Shown here: piece after piece, positions 25,211-38,939 of the stretch
Layout: each line of letters begins with the position of its first letter
Position numbering within the stretch: the stretch's first letter is position 1
Assembly (NCBI RefSeq): GCF_006345805.1
Contig: NW_021833026.1
Span: forward strand, 310,001-374,000
DNA from: Octopus sinensis
Taxonomy: Eukaryota
Direction of reading: 5' to 3'
DNA length: 64,000 bases
Notes under the pieces: model-generated
The model's database searches: none
The model's input: only the letters and a program-made list of their open reading frames with translations
What the model was told of the DNA's origin: nothing
Program-made: the position numbers and the translations under genes

Positions 25211-26219
25211 ATGACTGATCAATACGATTTCGACATTGATAATCTCATAAGAAAATTGAATGAAAGTATTAAATAAATACTAATAAACAGTCGGTCGAAG
25301 AAGACCTGATTCTGTAGTCCAGAACATGACAGAATCTGAAATCCGGTTTATCTGCACCAAATCACGGGCAATAATCCTCTCTCAGCCGTGCCTACTGGAA
25401 CTGGAAAGTCCAATAAACATATGCGGTAATGACCAATATAGACCAGTAGGGGACATTCACGGACAGTACCAAGACCTGATTCGCATATTCGACCTGAACA
25501 AGACCGAGAACTTTAATTATCTCTTTTTGGGGGACTACGTCGACCGTGGAAGACAATCCTTGGAGACAATCTGCCTCCTTCTGGCATACAAGATAAAATA
25601 CCGCGAAAACTTTTTCCTTTTACGCGGGAACCACGAATGTTCGTCGATAAACAGAATTTACGGATTTTACGACGAGTGCAAACGTCGATTCAACGTGAAA
25701 GTGTGGAAGACGTTCAACGACGTGTTCAACTGCCTGCCTTTGGCCGCAGTGATCGACGACAAAATATTTTGCTGTCACGGAGGCCTCAGTCCTGACTTAA
25801 AGTCGGTGGACCAAATAAAGAACGTGTCCCGACCTATCGATGTGCCCGAACATGGAATAGTGTGTGATCTGCTGTGGTCTGACCCAGATAATGACGTGCA
25901 AGGATGGGGGGAGAACGACCGAGGGGTGTCCTATACGTTTGGATCTGACACTGTCCAGGACTTTCTCCAGCGTTCTGACTTTGACCTGATTTGCAGAGCA
26001 CACCAGGTGGTGGAGGACGGGTACGAGTTCTTCGCAAAGAGGCAGTTGGTGACTATTTTTTCTGCGCCGAATTACTGTGGGGAGTTTGATAATTCGGGGG
26101 CTTTCATGTCAGTGGATGATTCGTTGATGTGTTCTTTCCAAATACTCAAGCCGAGTGATAAGAAGAAGTATCACTACGAGGGAGTGTTATCTGGCAGACC
26201 GGCCACTCCAATAACATAA
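25211..26219 (+). CDS. PPP1C: Protein phosphatase 1 catalytic subunit (introns 25266-25290 and 25426-25449)
   Basis: [42 protein letters not shown]-terminal RPATP. Confidence 0.97.
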
Positions 26220-26418
26220 CGGATATAACTTATTAACACATATTCACGGATTATTTTATTCCCGCGTTATTTGATGGTTCACCTTAAGAGGTTTACCATT
26301 CTATAGTCTGGTGAACTAAACAAGACTAAAACAAATATTTAGGTTAAAGTAATAGAAATTATGGGGTTTCAAATTAATTTTAGCTAAATTAGATAATTAA
26401 TATAAATAGCATTGGTTA

Positions 26419-27272
26419 ATGAATTGTGTTGTTGTTGACGATTTTACAAGTACGTGTCATGCTTTGATTAATAGTTTTTAATGTAACCAACAAGTATAAA
26501 ACACGTGAATGGACCCATTTTCTATACATCAAACGGCACAATTCTTCAGATAAAAAAACATTGGTTATCAGGAACGTGCCCTACTACTACAATGATGTAC
26601 TTTCCTTATTTTAATATCCAGGCTAACATTAAAACTGTCTTTGAATCGTTCCAGATCTCCAAAATAGAGTGGGATCCTCAAAAACCAGACAATGAGACGA
26701 AATCACACTTTTCGTCGTCAGAACCTATTTGTGGAGTCCACCAAACTGTCTTGGCTATGTTCGACTCATCTGAACAGACCCTCAAAGCACTAAAATGTCC
26801 TCCAAAAAACAAAATAATAATTTCTGAAGTGGAGGATATGGGATTGGGTGCACAAAGGAAGCGTTATTTGTGGTCAATCAACTGCGAGGGATTGGAGGAG
26901 GAGATCAACACGTTTATGGCCCAGTACGACGAGGCCGAGAACGAGAGACGGGCTATTGAGTTTGCAGAGTCTGGACGCGTCGGGGAAGATGGTTTCACAA
27001 TGGTGGGGAAGCCCAGAAAACAGGCTCCGAATGTTCTCTACTTTGACGAGGGATCCAGGCCCATCAAAAAGAAAAAAAAGTCAGAGGTAGTTGAGTGTGT
27101 TCATCCACAGAGGCATAACAATTTTTACCTATTCCAAATCAGGGAGTCCAAGAAGGCACGTTAGTCACATTTGTTTTGTATTTTAGACATTGAAGAGTTG
27201 AGGTCCAAGTTTGAGGAAGACAGAAAAAAGATTCAGCAGATAAAGGCTGCAAGAAAATTTAAACCTTTTTGA
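26419..27272 (+). CDS. RRP7A: Ribosomal RNA-processing protein 7
   Basis: TLVIRNVPYY, EDGFTMV, NFYLFQIRESK, ELRSKFEEDRKKIQQIKAARKFKPF*. Confidence 0.92.
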
Positions 27273-27857
27273 ATGATTTTATTGACTTGATTTATATGTT
27301 CATTAAATTTCTTACTTATCTTTAAGAGATTCTATCTTTGTTTGTACGGTCTCATATTAAATTTAAGTGCAAATTTTATTAACTGAAAAGCTTTCTAATA
27401 GCCGTACGGAAAATGCTCTAAAAGTACAATGAACCATTTATTCAAGTCGTTATTTGGGGTCTATCAGGAGAATTTATAAACGGTCCTTTATTATTAACTA
27501 CTCAATTGCCTAAGTTTCTGGCTTTAGTGTAGTCCAGCGCCCCTTGATCTGGATCGGCGAACGTCAAACGAAATTTTTCTTAAAATCAGTTGATTGCATA
27601 TAAGACTGTAGAGACTTATTTACATACAAATCAATTTCTTGTGGTACTTACTGACCAGACAATTTAATGGACTGTACACTAGCTCGTCTGAAACGGTCTA
27701 AATATTCACCATTTTATTACTCTGGTACAATTTCATGACATTGGTTTAAATACATTAATAAATTTGAACAGAATAACTAACAGCATCGTCTCAGAATTAG
27801 ACCACCAATGTCGTACTAAAATGTGTTTGACATGTCGACAAATGAATACATAAATAA

Positions 27858-29428
27858 TCAAAATCTGTGATTAAAAAATGTATTTCTAAGACGATGCATG
27901 AACGGGGGAGGCTCCAATAGTCTATCCACAAGTTTTTGCAGTTTGATTTCATTTTTACGCAAATAAATGTCGGTGTCTTGAATCAACCGGTCCAACTTGG
28001 CAGACGAAACCTCATCAAAACTGACACAATGAGACAAAATAGGATTCAGTCGAAAGTAAACAGAGGAAGGGAGAAGTCTCCTCATAACACCGTGCATTGC
28101 TACAAAATAATAAATAAAAATACGTTCAGGATCACTTGCACATTTGATTATCATATTGAACTTATCCATTATCCCCGGCACACTCCCACACCGAGTAAAG
28201 GCGGAAGGAAATGACCTCCCAGTCCCGATGGAGACAACTGACTGCAATGAGTGGACAGGCCAGAGGTTGTGGGCCTCACTCAAGGCAAAGCAAGTCGGAT
28301 TGTTGTGGAGTAGTCCTCCATCCTGCTGGCTCCCCACAAGACACCAACCTGAAATACCAACTCGTCCACAGTCAATTCATCAAATAAAAAGGGGATTGCA
28401 CTCGAGGCTCGAATGGCCTGCCACACAGGGAAGTTGGCAGATCCACGGAATTCAGAAAAACGGTTATATGGCGGATTGTAATTCCTGAAGGCAAATGCTT
28501 CCATTTCGTTGCCATTTACAAGAGTGGAGAGAAGAGCCAACTAAAATTAGTAAAACACGAACTTTGGGAGATGTGGAAGTCTTGACCAACTCAATCAAGT
28601 TTATCCCTCCAAAGTTCTCCCTTCAATCATTAAATAGACTAAAACTGCAATATTTTAGTCCACACCGACGAATCGTAAAAAGAAGAAGCAAAAACCAGTT
28701 TCCCTGCCCCAATGAGGCTGTTTCTTACGAAAACTTTGCCTGAAAGATTTTTATAGAGAGTGAGCATGTCTTTGGGGGACATTTCCAGGCCAAACACCCC
28801 CGAGGCAACCAAGGCCCCTGTACTGACACCCACAACCAGGTCAAATAACTCATTCACTCTTTTTGACGAAATCTCCTCCAATTTCTGTAGGATCCTCAAA
28901 GACACGAGCCCTCTGTGGGTGAGACTGAGAGACAACCTGACTCCTCCACCGTCTAGCGAAAGTACACGGACACCCGGGGACCTCAGACGGGGGACTTTGC
29001 CCATAAGTGACAGCAACTGTCCGGCTAATTGTTGCTTTTCTGGGTTAGGGCTATCAACAAAGGGTGTGATGTGCAATAATAGTCCTGCCTAGTAGTATTA
29101 TGGACTCAACACCCACAGAGTCAGCCACTGAGGCCAATTCTGGATATTTTAAGAGAATTGTCCTTATTTCAGTCAATTGGTCAATCTTCGGGTGTGGTTC
29201 ATTGTGGAGAGTTTGAAGTAGGTTTTTCAATTGGACTGACGAAATTGCCTTTAATTGACTCCGGGGGTTTAATTCGGGTGATTTTTTGTCGGCTTTGTGA
29301 ACGGGGGGGAGTTTGTAGTTTGACTGGTTCTTATACTTGTCGGAATGTTCAAGAACTGGTTTAGTTATTCCGTAAATGTTGTTTATGTAGGAACAAAATG
29401 CAGTAGACTTGACATTTTTCAATTTCAT
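27858..29428 (-). CDS. PNPLA8: Patatin-like calcium-independent phospholipase A2-gamma
   Basis: VRVLSLDGGG, GVSTG, WQAIRASSA, QDGGLLHNNPT, VVSIGTG, VYFRLNP. Confidence 0.92.
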
Positions 29429-29544
29429 TAATCAAACATCAGAAAACATTCAAAATTTATTTAAAATTAAAAAGTAATCAGATTAAATACTATAATTATT
29501 TGATCTGATGTAATTAAATTCTGAAGACTTAAATATTTGAAAAA

Positions 29545-30200
29545 TTTTGAGGACTACCGCAAAGTTTCGTGCTGTCTCAAACTTTTTTTAACGTTTATTT
29601 CAACGACCTTCCGGCCAACGATTCAAACTTGAGATTGTCTTAGGAAGACGACATTATTGTTTGAAAACACAAAAAATACAAAACCACTTCTTTCGAAGCT
29701 CAGCAACAACTATATTCCGGTGAGAATTAGCTCATTGAAAACAGACTTTATCCTTCAAGTCTTCGATTATCCTATTATCTTTTGACAGAAGACAATCAAC
29801 ACACATCCCGAGCTATTTCTATTTGATCTCGGACAAGAAAAATAGGCGTACAAACATTCTAAAAGCAATAACTGGTCACATCACTGTTCCCAGAAACCAT
29901 TCCTCAAGCGAGTCTACGAACAATAAAAGACATCGTTCTAAGTTACCCGAATCCAAACTAGGCTTCCTGCTTATCTACAAGCTCCACTGTGGAACTTTAA
30001 TTTTTACAAAACACGGCCATGCATATTAAATCTAAGTGAAGAAATCAACACTCATCGACCACCTACACTGTGAAATTAATCTTTTCCCGATGAGAGAACA
30101 TCTTAATATGAGAAGAGCACAATTCATATTCGCTGTGCAAAATTCATACTACTTTTGAACTGCTCTAAATGTGCTAAATAACAATAGTCGTCACTGAAGA
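29545..30200 (+). mobile_element. Degraded LINE reverse transcriptase
   Basis: RGLPQSFVLSQTFFNVYFNDLP..EDD and RRTNILKAITG, with stops. Confidence 0.65.
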
Positions 30201-30531
30201 ACTCTCCTGCAAAACAACACTTCCAAGTACAGTGAATACTCCCAATGCTTCTTGATCGTTCCCCTCTGGCCATCATCGTTCACTAAACCACTGCAATCAC
30301 AAAATAAACTATTCGATCTCTCCTTTTTGCAATTTTTAATGTCTGAAGATCATTCAAATGATCACTTTTCCGCCCTCCCGGTCTTTTCTATATTCGTAGA
30401 AAATTTGAAGTTCTCTCTTATGAGGTCCTTTTGGTCAATATTAATCCAAAAATATATGAAAAATGTTCATATTTGTTGCTTAATTTTTGCAAGTCTCCTT
30501 CAAAAATAATTATTAAATAATGTAATTATCA

Positions 30532-31579
30532 ATGCCAATTTCTGTGTTTGCTTGTCGTGGAATGATGATCTTCAAAGGGACACGTTCGAGTCAATTGAGG
30601 AATCTATCAGGAAGAACAATTACCAAAATATTCGGAAACGACGCTGCTTCATTCCTTCAAGGCCTTCAAACTCACGACATTACAAAACTTGGCAACAAAT
30701 CCGCAATTTATACCTGCTTTCTTAATTTAAATGTGAGATAGTAAACAAACCCCAGGGGTACGTCTTGTTTGATTCCTTCATCTACCGACTGGATCAAGAC
30801 TTTCTACTCGAATATGACACCCGAGCTCATAACTCACTCATTAAACACATTTTGAAATATAAACTCAGGAAGCATGTCAAAGTGAGTCCTTGCAATTCAC
30901 AAAACTCAGATTGAGACTCTCCCTCAAATAAAAGTAGTCTGGGAAGGAGATAAAGTCCCACCGAACTCGTCTCTGATCTCTGTGGTCGACCCTCGACTTG
31001 CTGAGATGGGCCTTAGAAGTCTGCGGACTGATGACTCACAGATTAATTGGGACGACTCTGCCTACCTGCGAAGGCGGTACTCCTTGGGAGTGGCTGAGGG
31101 GACTGAGGAGATTCCAGAAGGACAACTTCGTCCCTTTGCTCTTAATCTCGACATTCTGAACGCCAGTTAAGGACATTAACCACGACTTTCAGTTTCCCGC
31201 GACAAGGGGTGTTACATGGGGCAAGAATATGTGGCAAAATATAGCACCTTTTCTAAACCAAGTAGATTTCTGATTCCATTGCGACTTTCCGAGTTTGGAC
31301 GAGTGGTAATGTCGTAGAGAACCAAAGAGTGATATTTCATTTGGCCAAGGCATTTACGACATGAACGGGAGTAAGATTGGTTCTGTCGTTGGGGCATTCG
31401 AGCAGTTTGTTTTGGGGATAACAAATATCACTAAATTGATGAAATCACGACACTCTCTCTTTATCAACTCCCACGACGTGTCCAATCAACAGGACTCGGC
31501 TCGTGTTGAGGTTCCTACATTTCACGAATGGCTTTGCACAGGCAGAGATATTGACTATTTAAGAAATGTCCCCAAATAA
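30532..31579 (+). CDS. IBA57: Mitochondrial Fe-S assembly factor (YgfZ/CAF17 family)
   Basis: GNDAASFLQGLQTHDI, KYKLRK, DPRLAEMG, RRYSLGVAEG, KGCYMGQE signature. Confidence 0.92.
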
Positions 31580-31593
31580 AAAGTAAAATAATG

Positions 31594-34552
31594 TCACTCG
31601 GAAATAATTTGAGGCGCTTGTTTGATGTTTATACGCTCAGAATCGGAGAGTTTGCAAGTAACAGACACCTCCATCAACATTTTGTGCCAAATTAGGTCAG
31701 CCTGACTGTTCGACAGCAAGACCGATAAATTAAAATCAGTGAACAGTCCCGAATTGACTGCTTTGACATCCCAGACATAATTGTGCTTCATTCCAGGATA
31801 GACTCTTTGACATTGATCGGTGTTGAGTGATCGGAATATACATTGTGTGGGAGAATACTGAGAATTGGTGACATTGCACTCCTCGAGGGATATCATCTGT
31901 CCAATTGGCACCCCGTCCTCCAAGAGAGTGCTTATTTCAGTAGACAAATAATTTCTAAATGGCAACACAGCTACCTGCTATTGGTCGATGTATAAACTCT
32001 GCAAGCCAGTTGAAAAAGTGGACTGAATTCAATTTCGACTTGTTGCACATAATCTCCCGCCGTAATCAAAATCTGGGATGCTCAGGTCAAAACTACTCTT
32101 CTCATTTCTTTCGACTCCATTTCCTCCTCCAAGACAGACGGGAGGGCCAGCACGTCAAAAACAGTCCTCTCTCCACTCATCACAAACTCGGAAGGGTGAA
32201 CAAGCAACCGTCCACACACCGAGGTAATAGTCGCCTCCACACATGCAGGGAGACACTCAACCAACAATTCAAATTGAGTGACAACTCCAACACGAGGTGA
32301 TGCTTTAACATTTGCATGTATAAATACCACTTAGTGGTCGGAATAGCACTTGATTGCTTATTAAATCAGAATTAAGAGCAGGAATATTAAATATAAGACT
32401 ATTCCACTTGACGGCAATGTATGATAAACAGAATTCCCCCAACGGTACCACAAACCTCCCCTCACTCTCCCAAACATCCCCTTCGTTCAGTGAAATGGTC
32501 CCCGAATATAAAGATCTGGTCAACTCACCGGACTTTGGTGTCATTGACTCAACGAATAAAGTAAAAACAGCATCCACACACTCAATGGCCACATTCCCAG
32601 GAAACATATTAACGAGATTCAGTCGGTAGTGAAGGAAGGAGGTGAACTGAACGTCCACTTCAAAGGGAGACTCCTCATTTATCTCCAAACACTTTCCCGA
32701 CCACTCCGCCACCTCCTGAAAAGCAGCAATACGACCAGCACAACTCGAACCGTTCAGAGATACCCAAATCAAGTCGACAATGTAACTGAAATGTGATGAA
32801 TTGAGTACTCTTTCGAATGATTTTCTAACTTGGAGTGACAAACACTGAGCAGTCGTCGAGCATTGGATGCCAGGTCACCCCACGAATGACTCTGAAAGCA
32901 GTCGAAGGCAAACTTAAGCCAGGAGACGGCCGTGGAATAGTCCTGTAATTCCCTGGAATGTCAGACAATGGAAAACATCAAAACAGAAATGACACGACAA
33001 GACAGACTGGAGACAGTCCGAGGCCACTTTGTGCTCAATTGGCCGATTCTTCCCACAACTCTCTGCAACTTTATTACTAAAAAAGAACATAAAAGAACTG
33101 ACGAATCGCTTCTTCTGAAACAAGACCTGTCACACCTAACAAATACTGACGGGACACAAACCAGCATATTTAGGACGATCCGACAGCTGCCAAAACCACC
33201 ACAACTACAAGTAAGGGACAGGAAATACATGTTTGGTGAGCAGGTCGAGGAGTAGGAGAGAATAGAACGATTCACATTCACAATAAAGTCCAAAAACCAC
33301 AGTCAAATTTGAAAGTATCCACGAATTTATTTCACTGGCACACAAAATCTAGAATTAACCAAATTAGCACATTTTTAAGCAGTTCTGAGAAACGAAGAAT
33401 GTGGAGATAAAACAGTCGGACTGCCAACTCTACTTGCTCTGACTTGACCAGAATCCCAATCCGTCTCTCCACCACTCCTGTGAGAACAGAGAAAGCGCAG
33501 TTGCCTTGCCACAGCATTTTAACGCTCTCCAAACACATGCCATCACTCCAATCCATGCCCACATGCATAATAAAATCAGAGTACAGCCTCCTGCTGATAT
33601 CCTCACCAAACTCTGCACTGTCTAGAGGTATATATAGAGGGACATACACACAGTAGTCGTGGATATGAGTTCCCACAGCATTGTGGTGGCCACCTCGACA
33701 CAACTCAATGCCTGGTCGTAGGAGTGAGTAATGAAATGCAAACAAGAAGACATCAACTGCCAATTATGCACAACAAGTACAGAAATGTCGATTAATTTAG
33801 ACAAATGAACAGTTCTGTCATTACATAGAGCCAAATCACGTTTAATCTTGTCGGTCTGTTCTCTCAGGTGGATTATCCTGGCTGGAAGTGCGAATGAGGC
33901 CAGTTGGGAGACACACTCGGCCAACATGTACGACGAGGAATGGTCCACCGAGACAGAAGACCCGCCGGAAAACTCAATGAGCCTGTACTCTGAGAATATC
34001 AGTACATTTGCAGTCCCTCATTCCCGAGTTTGTTTTTTAGTTTTGTGGGGGTAATGTTCGAATTTCGGCTCAGAAGGCGCTCTTTTAGACTTATTTTTGA
34101 AGATTTGGAAAAAGAGGAGTTCAGGTGGAGAGTCCTCGTTCTCCCACAGCCAGTCACCACCACAGCAAAGTGCTGTTTTCTTATTGAAGGATCTGTCATT
34201 TTGGTCAGCCATTTGTACATTTCCTGGTCCTCGTGGATATTCTCCTAAAAATATAAATTTAATATCCCAACTAATTTAATCACAAAAATATGTGCAACAA
34301 GAATGACTACAGAAAGCACGTTCAGAGATTCTGAGTGCAGATCATTCGAGAAATCAACAAATTGAAAGGAATCCTTGATTTGTAGATTTGATGTGCTGGT
34401 CTGATTTTCCACGTGGATTGATGAAAGGCCGAGCTCGATGTTGGAAAGGGACCTCGTTAAGGCGTCTCGGAAAGTTGCAAAACATTGCAAATCTCCGCTG
34501 ACTGTTATCCTTGTAATAAATTTAGGGTCTCACCTGAAATTTTAAATACCAT
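31594..34552 (-). CDS. Large multi-exon protein, possibly TRAPPC10 (Trs130)-like
   Basis: Continuous exon mosaic on the minus strand; N-terminal ITVSGDLQCFATFRDALTRSL and KWL..FAVVV recall TRAPPC10; beta-rich C-terminus. The family call is weak. Confidence 0.45.
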
Positions 34553-34610
34553 TAAAATAAATTCACAAATTAATTTATTTAAAAAAATTATTAAAAATTT
34601 AACCAAATAA

Positions 34611-35363
34611 TCATAAAGTATAGGCATCAAGTAATTTAGTCAACTTCAATTGTGGAGATGAAAGAGACCTGAGCAAAGAAGGCCCAATCGACTTGAGAGA
34701 GGAATAGACCTGCCTGTGCACCACCCCAATGTCCTCAGTGGCCGAAATGTCCAAAAAACGTGTCCTGGTCAACAACTGTCCGTCCACCTTGGCAGCTAAC
34801 ACTACTTTGGATTGACTTACCGATAATCGTGAAATAAGGCGACTTTTTAGTCAGTTTAGCAATGTTTCCAAAGTCCAAATGATTACACGCCATAAGGCAG
34901 TTCCTCGAACAAAAAAGTGGCCGCATTGCACTCATGTCGAGTTCCTCGATTGCCTTCCTGGGAATGATAAGACAGATTAACAGATAAATTGTATTGCTGA
35001 ACATATTCAGACTTAGGCCGAGTTCTTGACAGTCAGCCCACATTTCCTCGTAGGCTCTGTAGGGCAGAGATTTGAGATCGCAAACAGCAACAAGTCTCAT
35101 TTGAAGAATTTCTTTGCATTTGGAAACCAGATATTCCTCGTAGTGATTAGTCTGGTCATTTATAGGAAAAAATAGACTTGTTTAGTTTGAGATCTGTTTC
35201 TTATTCCAATGCTGCACTGTTCTGCCATTGTGGAATCATTGGGAGGCAGGATCGGTACTGTGACTGACTCCAAAAGACGACGTTGATAGTGCCGGGGTCG
35301 AGGCTTCCTTATGTTTATTCTTCGATTTCTTAATTGCTGATAAAAAATATTCGGAATGATCAT
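34611..35363 (-). CDS. MRPL10: Mitochondrial ribosomal protein uL10m
   Basis: RINIRKPRPRHYQRRLLESVTVP N-terminal motif, LLAAKVDGQLL, terminal LTKLLDAY. Confidence 0.75.
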
Positions 35364-35721
35364 TAAATACACCACAATGAATTGTTTAAAAATAATAAAA
35401 CTATTGTTAGCGTGTTCATAAAAACAAGACAAGATTTTGGATAGAAGGAAACAATTTATGTTTGAGAAAAAGATGGACTATTCAACAGATGCATGAGAGG
35501 CGGTCATTTAACAACGGCAATGGTGGATATTTCTACATTAAAAAGACTGCTTTTGTCCATTCAACAGAACTACCATACAGTCCGTGCTTTTTATTTTGAC
35601 AAGGGCTAATATAAGCGAGGTTAAACTAGAGAGGGATGAGAGAAGCCCCAACCAATCCCTAACAACTGCCTTTCCTTAATTATTAAAAAAACAGGATTTG
35701 TCCCAACATAAGCAACACAAA

Positions 35722-38700
35722 TCACAATTTACTACTACAATGGAAATTATTAAGTGTGTTCATAATCTGCGGATTATTGAGTAGACTCTCCACAAAACGC
35801 TCGATTAGGACATAGGTGAGTCGACGGTTCAAAATAGGCACTTGGAACATGTTGAAGGCCAGACTCACTCCCTTCTTGACCGTGTGTTGTCCCACCAATG
35901 TCTTGACCTCGTCTAACATTCATTCAGCCCACATCACCAGGAATCGCCGACAAGAGCTTACATCGAGTCACAAGTCTCGTCCTCATCCTCGTCTGGAAAT
36001 CTCGCGGCTGTCCTTGTTCCGCCACAACTCCTCCTGGCCAGAAAGAGTCCCTTTCCGTTAAAACAGATTAAACACCGGAAAGCCTTCAAATAAACTACAA
36101 GTTGGTCCCGACTCACCAACGACCGCATTTGATCCACAATTTTCCTTCGAAGTAACAAAATGCCAAACTTATTGATGGTGTCTCCGTACGTGGCTCTGAT
36201 CACCTCGCGGAATAAAACCACCATTCTCCGCCTCAGCCAACGGTTCTCCGTTTTCAAATCAAACAACTCATCTGCAAACAAGAGGATTATCCTCAAAGGA
36301 ATATTCCCCTCCTCCTAACTTTCCTTTCAAGTGGAAAACCTGATCGAATTTGTAGAATCCCGATTCCGTGGAAATACTGTCCCTTTGCTCGGAGTTCACT
36401 TCCTCGGACTTGGGGAAACCGTCATAAGGAAACTCCCGCTTTATCGGATTAGAAATCGATGTCCGTAAAAGCCCCCCAATAAAATTATTAAATACGAATT
36501 TTTTATTATTCTTTGACTTATTTGTGATAAAAACCTTATTTTGACCGAATTTCCTCCTGATTTCCATTTCACAACAACTCCACGGACACGGCTGCAAAAA
36601 CTCACTGAATAGACGGTAAACGAGTGGCTCAGTATGTTGGAGAGCAGGACAGGACAGGGACTACTCCTAACCCGACCAAAACCACCCGAAGGTACAAATT
36701 CAGCTTCACTTCCAAATCCTTTTCACTCGAAGACGCCGTTTTTGGAGGAGGCAGTTCTGGCAAGAGGGAACTGCTATTTAAAACTAAAAAACATACTTTT
36801 CTACCATTTCCTTGAGGATTTTGTGAAATTTGTGAAAATGTTGATATCGGCGGGTTATGTCGTCCCGCCACTTGATGGTCCCCGTGGTGTGGTATGTCTC
36901 GTTGCAGTCCAGTCTGTACTCCCGGTGGGTACCAAGCCCATCTGAGACGGTCTCTGGGGATGTTTTGTGGAGATAACCCGAGTCATAAATATATCCGCAA
37001 ATGCTCACGTTGTCGTCTTTCACAAATTCCGGAGACCGTTCACTTGGAGACTCGTCCACTCCAGTGCAATCCTCCATGCTCGGAGTTATCAATCCCATGT
37101 CCAAAAGTGCGGCAGAGTAGTAAATTGTTTTTTTAAATTTATCAAAATACTTTTTTTCTAATAAACCTTTGACCTATAAATCGAATAATTAATAAAATGT
37201 CAAACCATTGCACTTGCTGATGTGAAGCAATCACAATGCACAGTCTGCAAGTCGAGGGAATGCTTAATTTTAGCCAATTCGTCCTCGTCCAAATGAACTC
37301 GAAACTCATTCTGAGATATACAAACACACCAAACCTCCACTGAGAGGTATTTGTTGAATATATTCCTCCCCATCGTAAGAAAACTCTGATTGGCCTCTTC
37401 ACAACCAGGCTTGCACTGCCGCATAGAACTCGAAAAGCACTAAAAACTACACCAGAATCACCAAACCATACAATTGGTGTAAAAATTAAGATAATGTTCC
37501 ATCTTCTCTCCATTGAGGTAATCTAGTCATTACTAGTCAGTCCCCACTCGAGAAATGAGTGTAGGCCACGTAGCTCTCAATCATTTCCTCGAACCCCATG
37601 TTGTAGAGGGAGGGCAGGGAGAGATACGTCTTCAACTGGTGTGCCTAACCCATGAATAAACACACCAAACATCCAGCACGTCCTCCGAAACATTCTCGTT
37701 TTTATTCAGAAATTCCAGTCTGTTTTGACACAGAATTTTGAGGTATTTGAGAGAACTCAGTGTCTGCTTTACTTCAGCCACTGAAAAGATGAGTGGAGAA
37801 AGTCACGTGCCTCCAGACCCCCCGGTGTCCTTGGCTCCGAATTTGGCAATGTCCCCGTCGAGTAGTTGCACCAGGGACTCGATCTCGTCCTGTGAAATGG
37901 CAGATTTGACAACACTAAGAAGACATTCACGACTTATAGGGAAGTTGAGTAACTAGTTTAACCGATGTGCTTATACCAGCCAGTTTATATTTTGATTGAT
38001 ATAGTCGGGGTCACTCAGCTTGGTCATTAGCGGGGACATGACGCATTCGACCAGAATTGTCTACAAGTGAATTGAGGTCACAACCCGTATGAGATATCTG
38101 AGGGAGACACATTCGAAGAGGGGAGAAGGCAGTAACTCAAACATGAGCATTTCGCAGAGACTTTCCAAATATTCTGAGTGATTTAAATAACCCAACCCTG
38201 TTCGAGTTGAGATGAGAGACAAATTCGCTCTCGACTGATTCCCTTCATTTTGGCCTCCAAATCAAAGAAAACTCCTTCCAATTGCTGTTCCTCTAGACTT
38301 GAATCTCCTTCAAACCACCGTCGGTTGCCTGAATCATTTCATTGGCCTTTTTGTACAGTCGAAAGTGGGTGGCCAACTCATCGACCAGACTGAGAGTAAA
38401 AAAGTCGATCCAATTAACATTCCTCGCACTAAACATAGTCAGGCCAGGTCAGACTGTTTGCAAAACGTGGCAATCGAGGTCTGAAGACTAGTCCGCACAA
38501 TAATAAGGAAATCCTGTTCTGGACTGATTTCGTTGTACCAGGAGGAAATGTACTGTCGAGTGATGTGATGAATTATCTGCAAATAAGACACGAGTTGAGA
38601 CAGTTTGCAATATTTGGTCCACATCGGGCACTCCTGTGATGGAATAGTCTATCACTCGACGTGGTTCTCCACTTATTAGTTTGTCTATAATCTGAAAATG

Positions 38701-38939
38701 TCCATAAGTCGTACAAAGCCGAGTCCTGCCTTGTTTCGAGGGAGTTTATGGACAGGCCAAGCCCCGCCGACTATTTCTGAGTGAAGGAAGTAGAGGAGAC
38801 TGGGACTGTGGGAACAAAGGCACCTGATTGCTGCTGATATGAGGAATAGGAGAAGGAAGAGGATTATTTTCAGAGGGAGTATGGAAAAAAGTACGACAAT
38901 ACACGAGGAGAGGCCCAATAAGATATAAAAGCGTTCCAT
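35722..38939 (-). CDS. SNX13: RGS-PX sorting nexin (TM-PXA-RGS-PX-PXC)
   Basis: N-terminal TM pair, ITRQYISSWY (PXA), IFNKYL (RGS), RRYQHFHKFH..LPPPK (PX), ILLFADELFDLKTENRWLRR and FQVPILNRRL (PXC). Confidence 0.88.

Noticed and set aside
35400-35620. ~55-codon plus-strand open stretch between MRPL10 and SNX13
   Set aside because: No in-frame start could be built and no homology was recognised.
11731-38484. Many antisense or alternate-frame ORFs in the track overlapping RARS1, CNNM, PP1, PNPLA8 and SNX13
   Set aside because: Shadow ORFs of GC-richer exons with no independent motifs.
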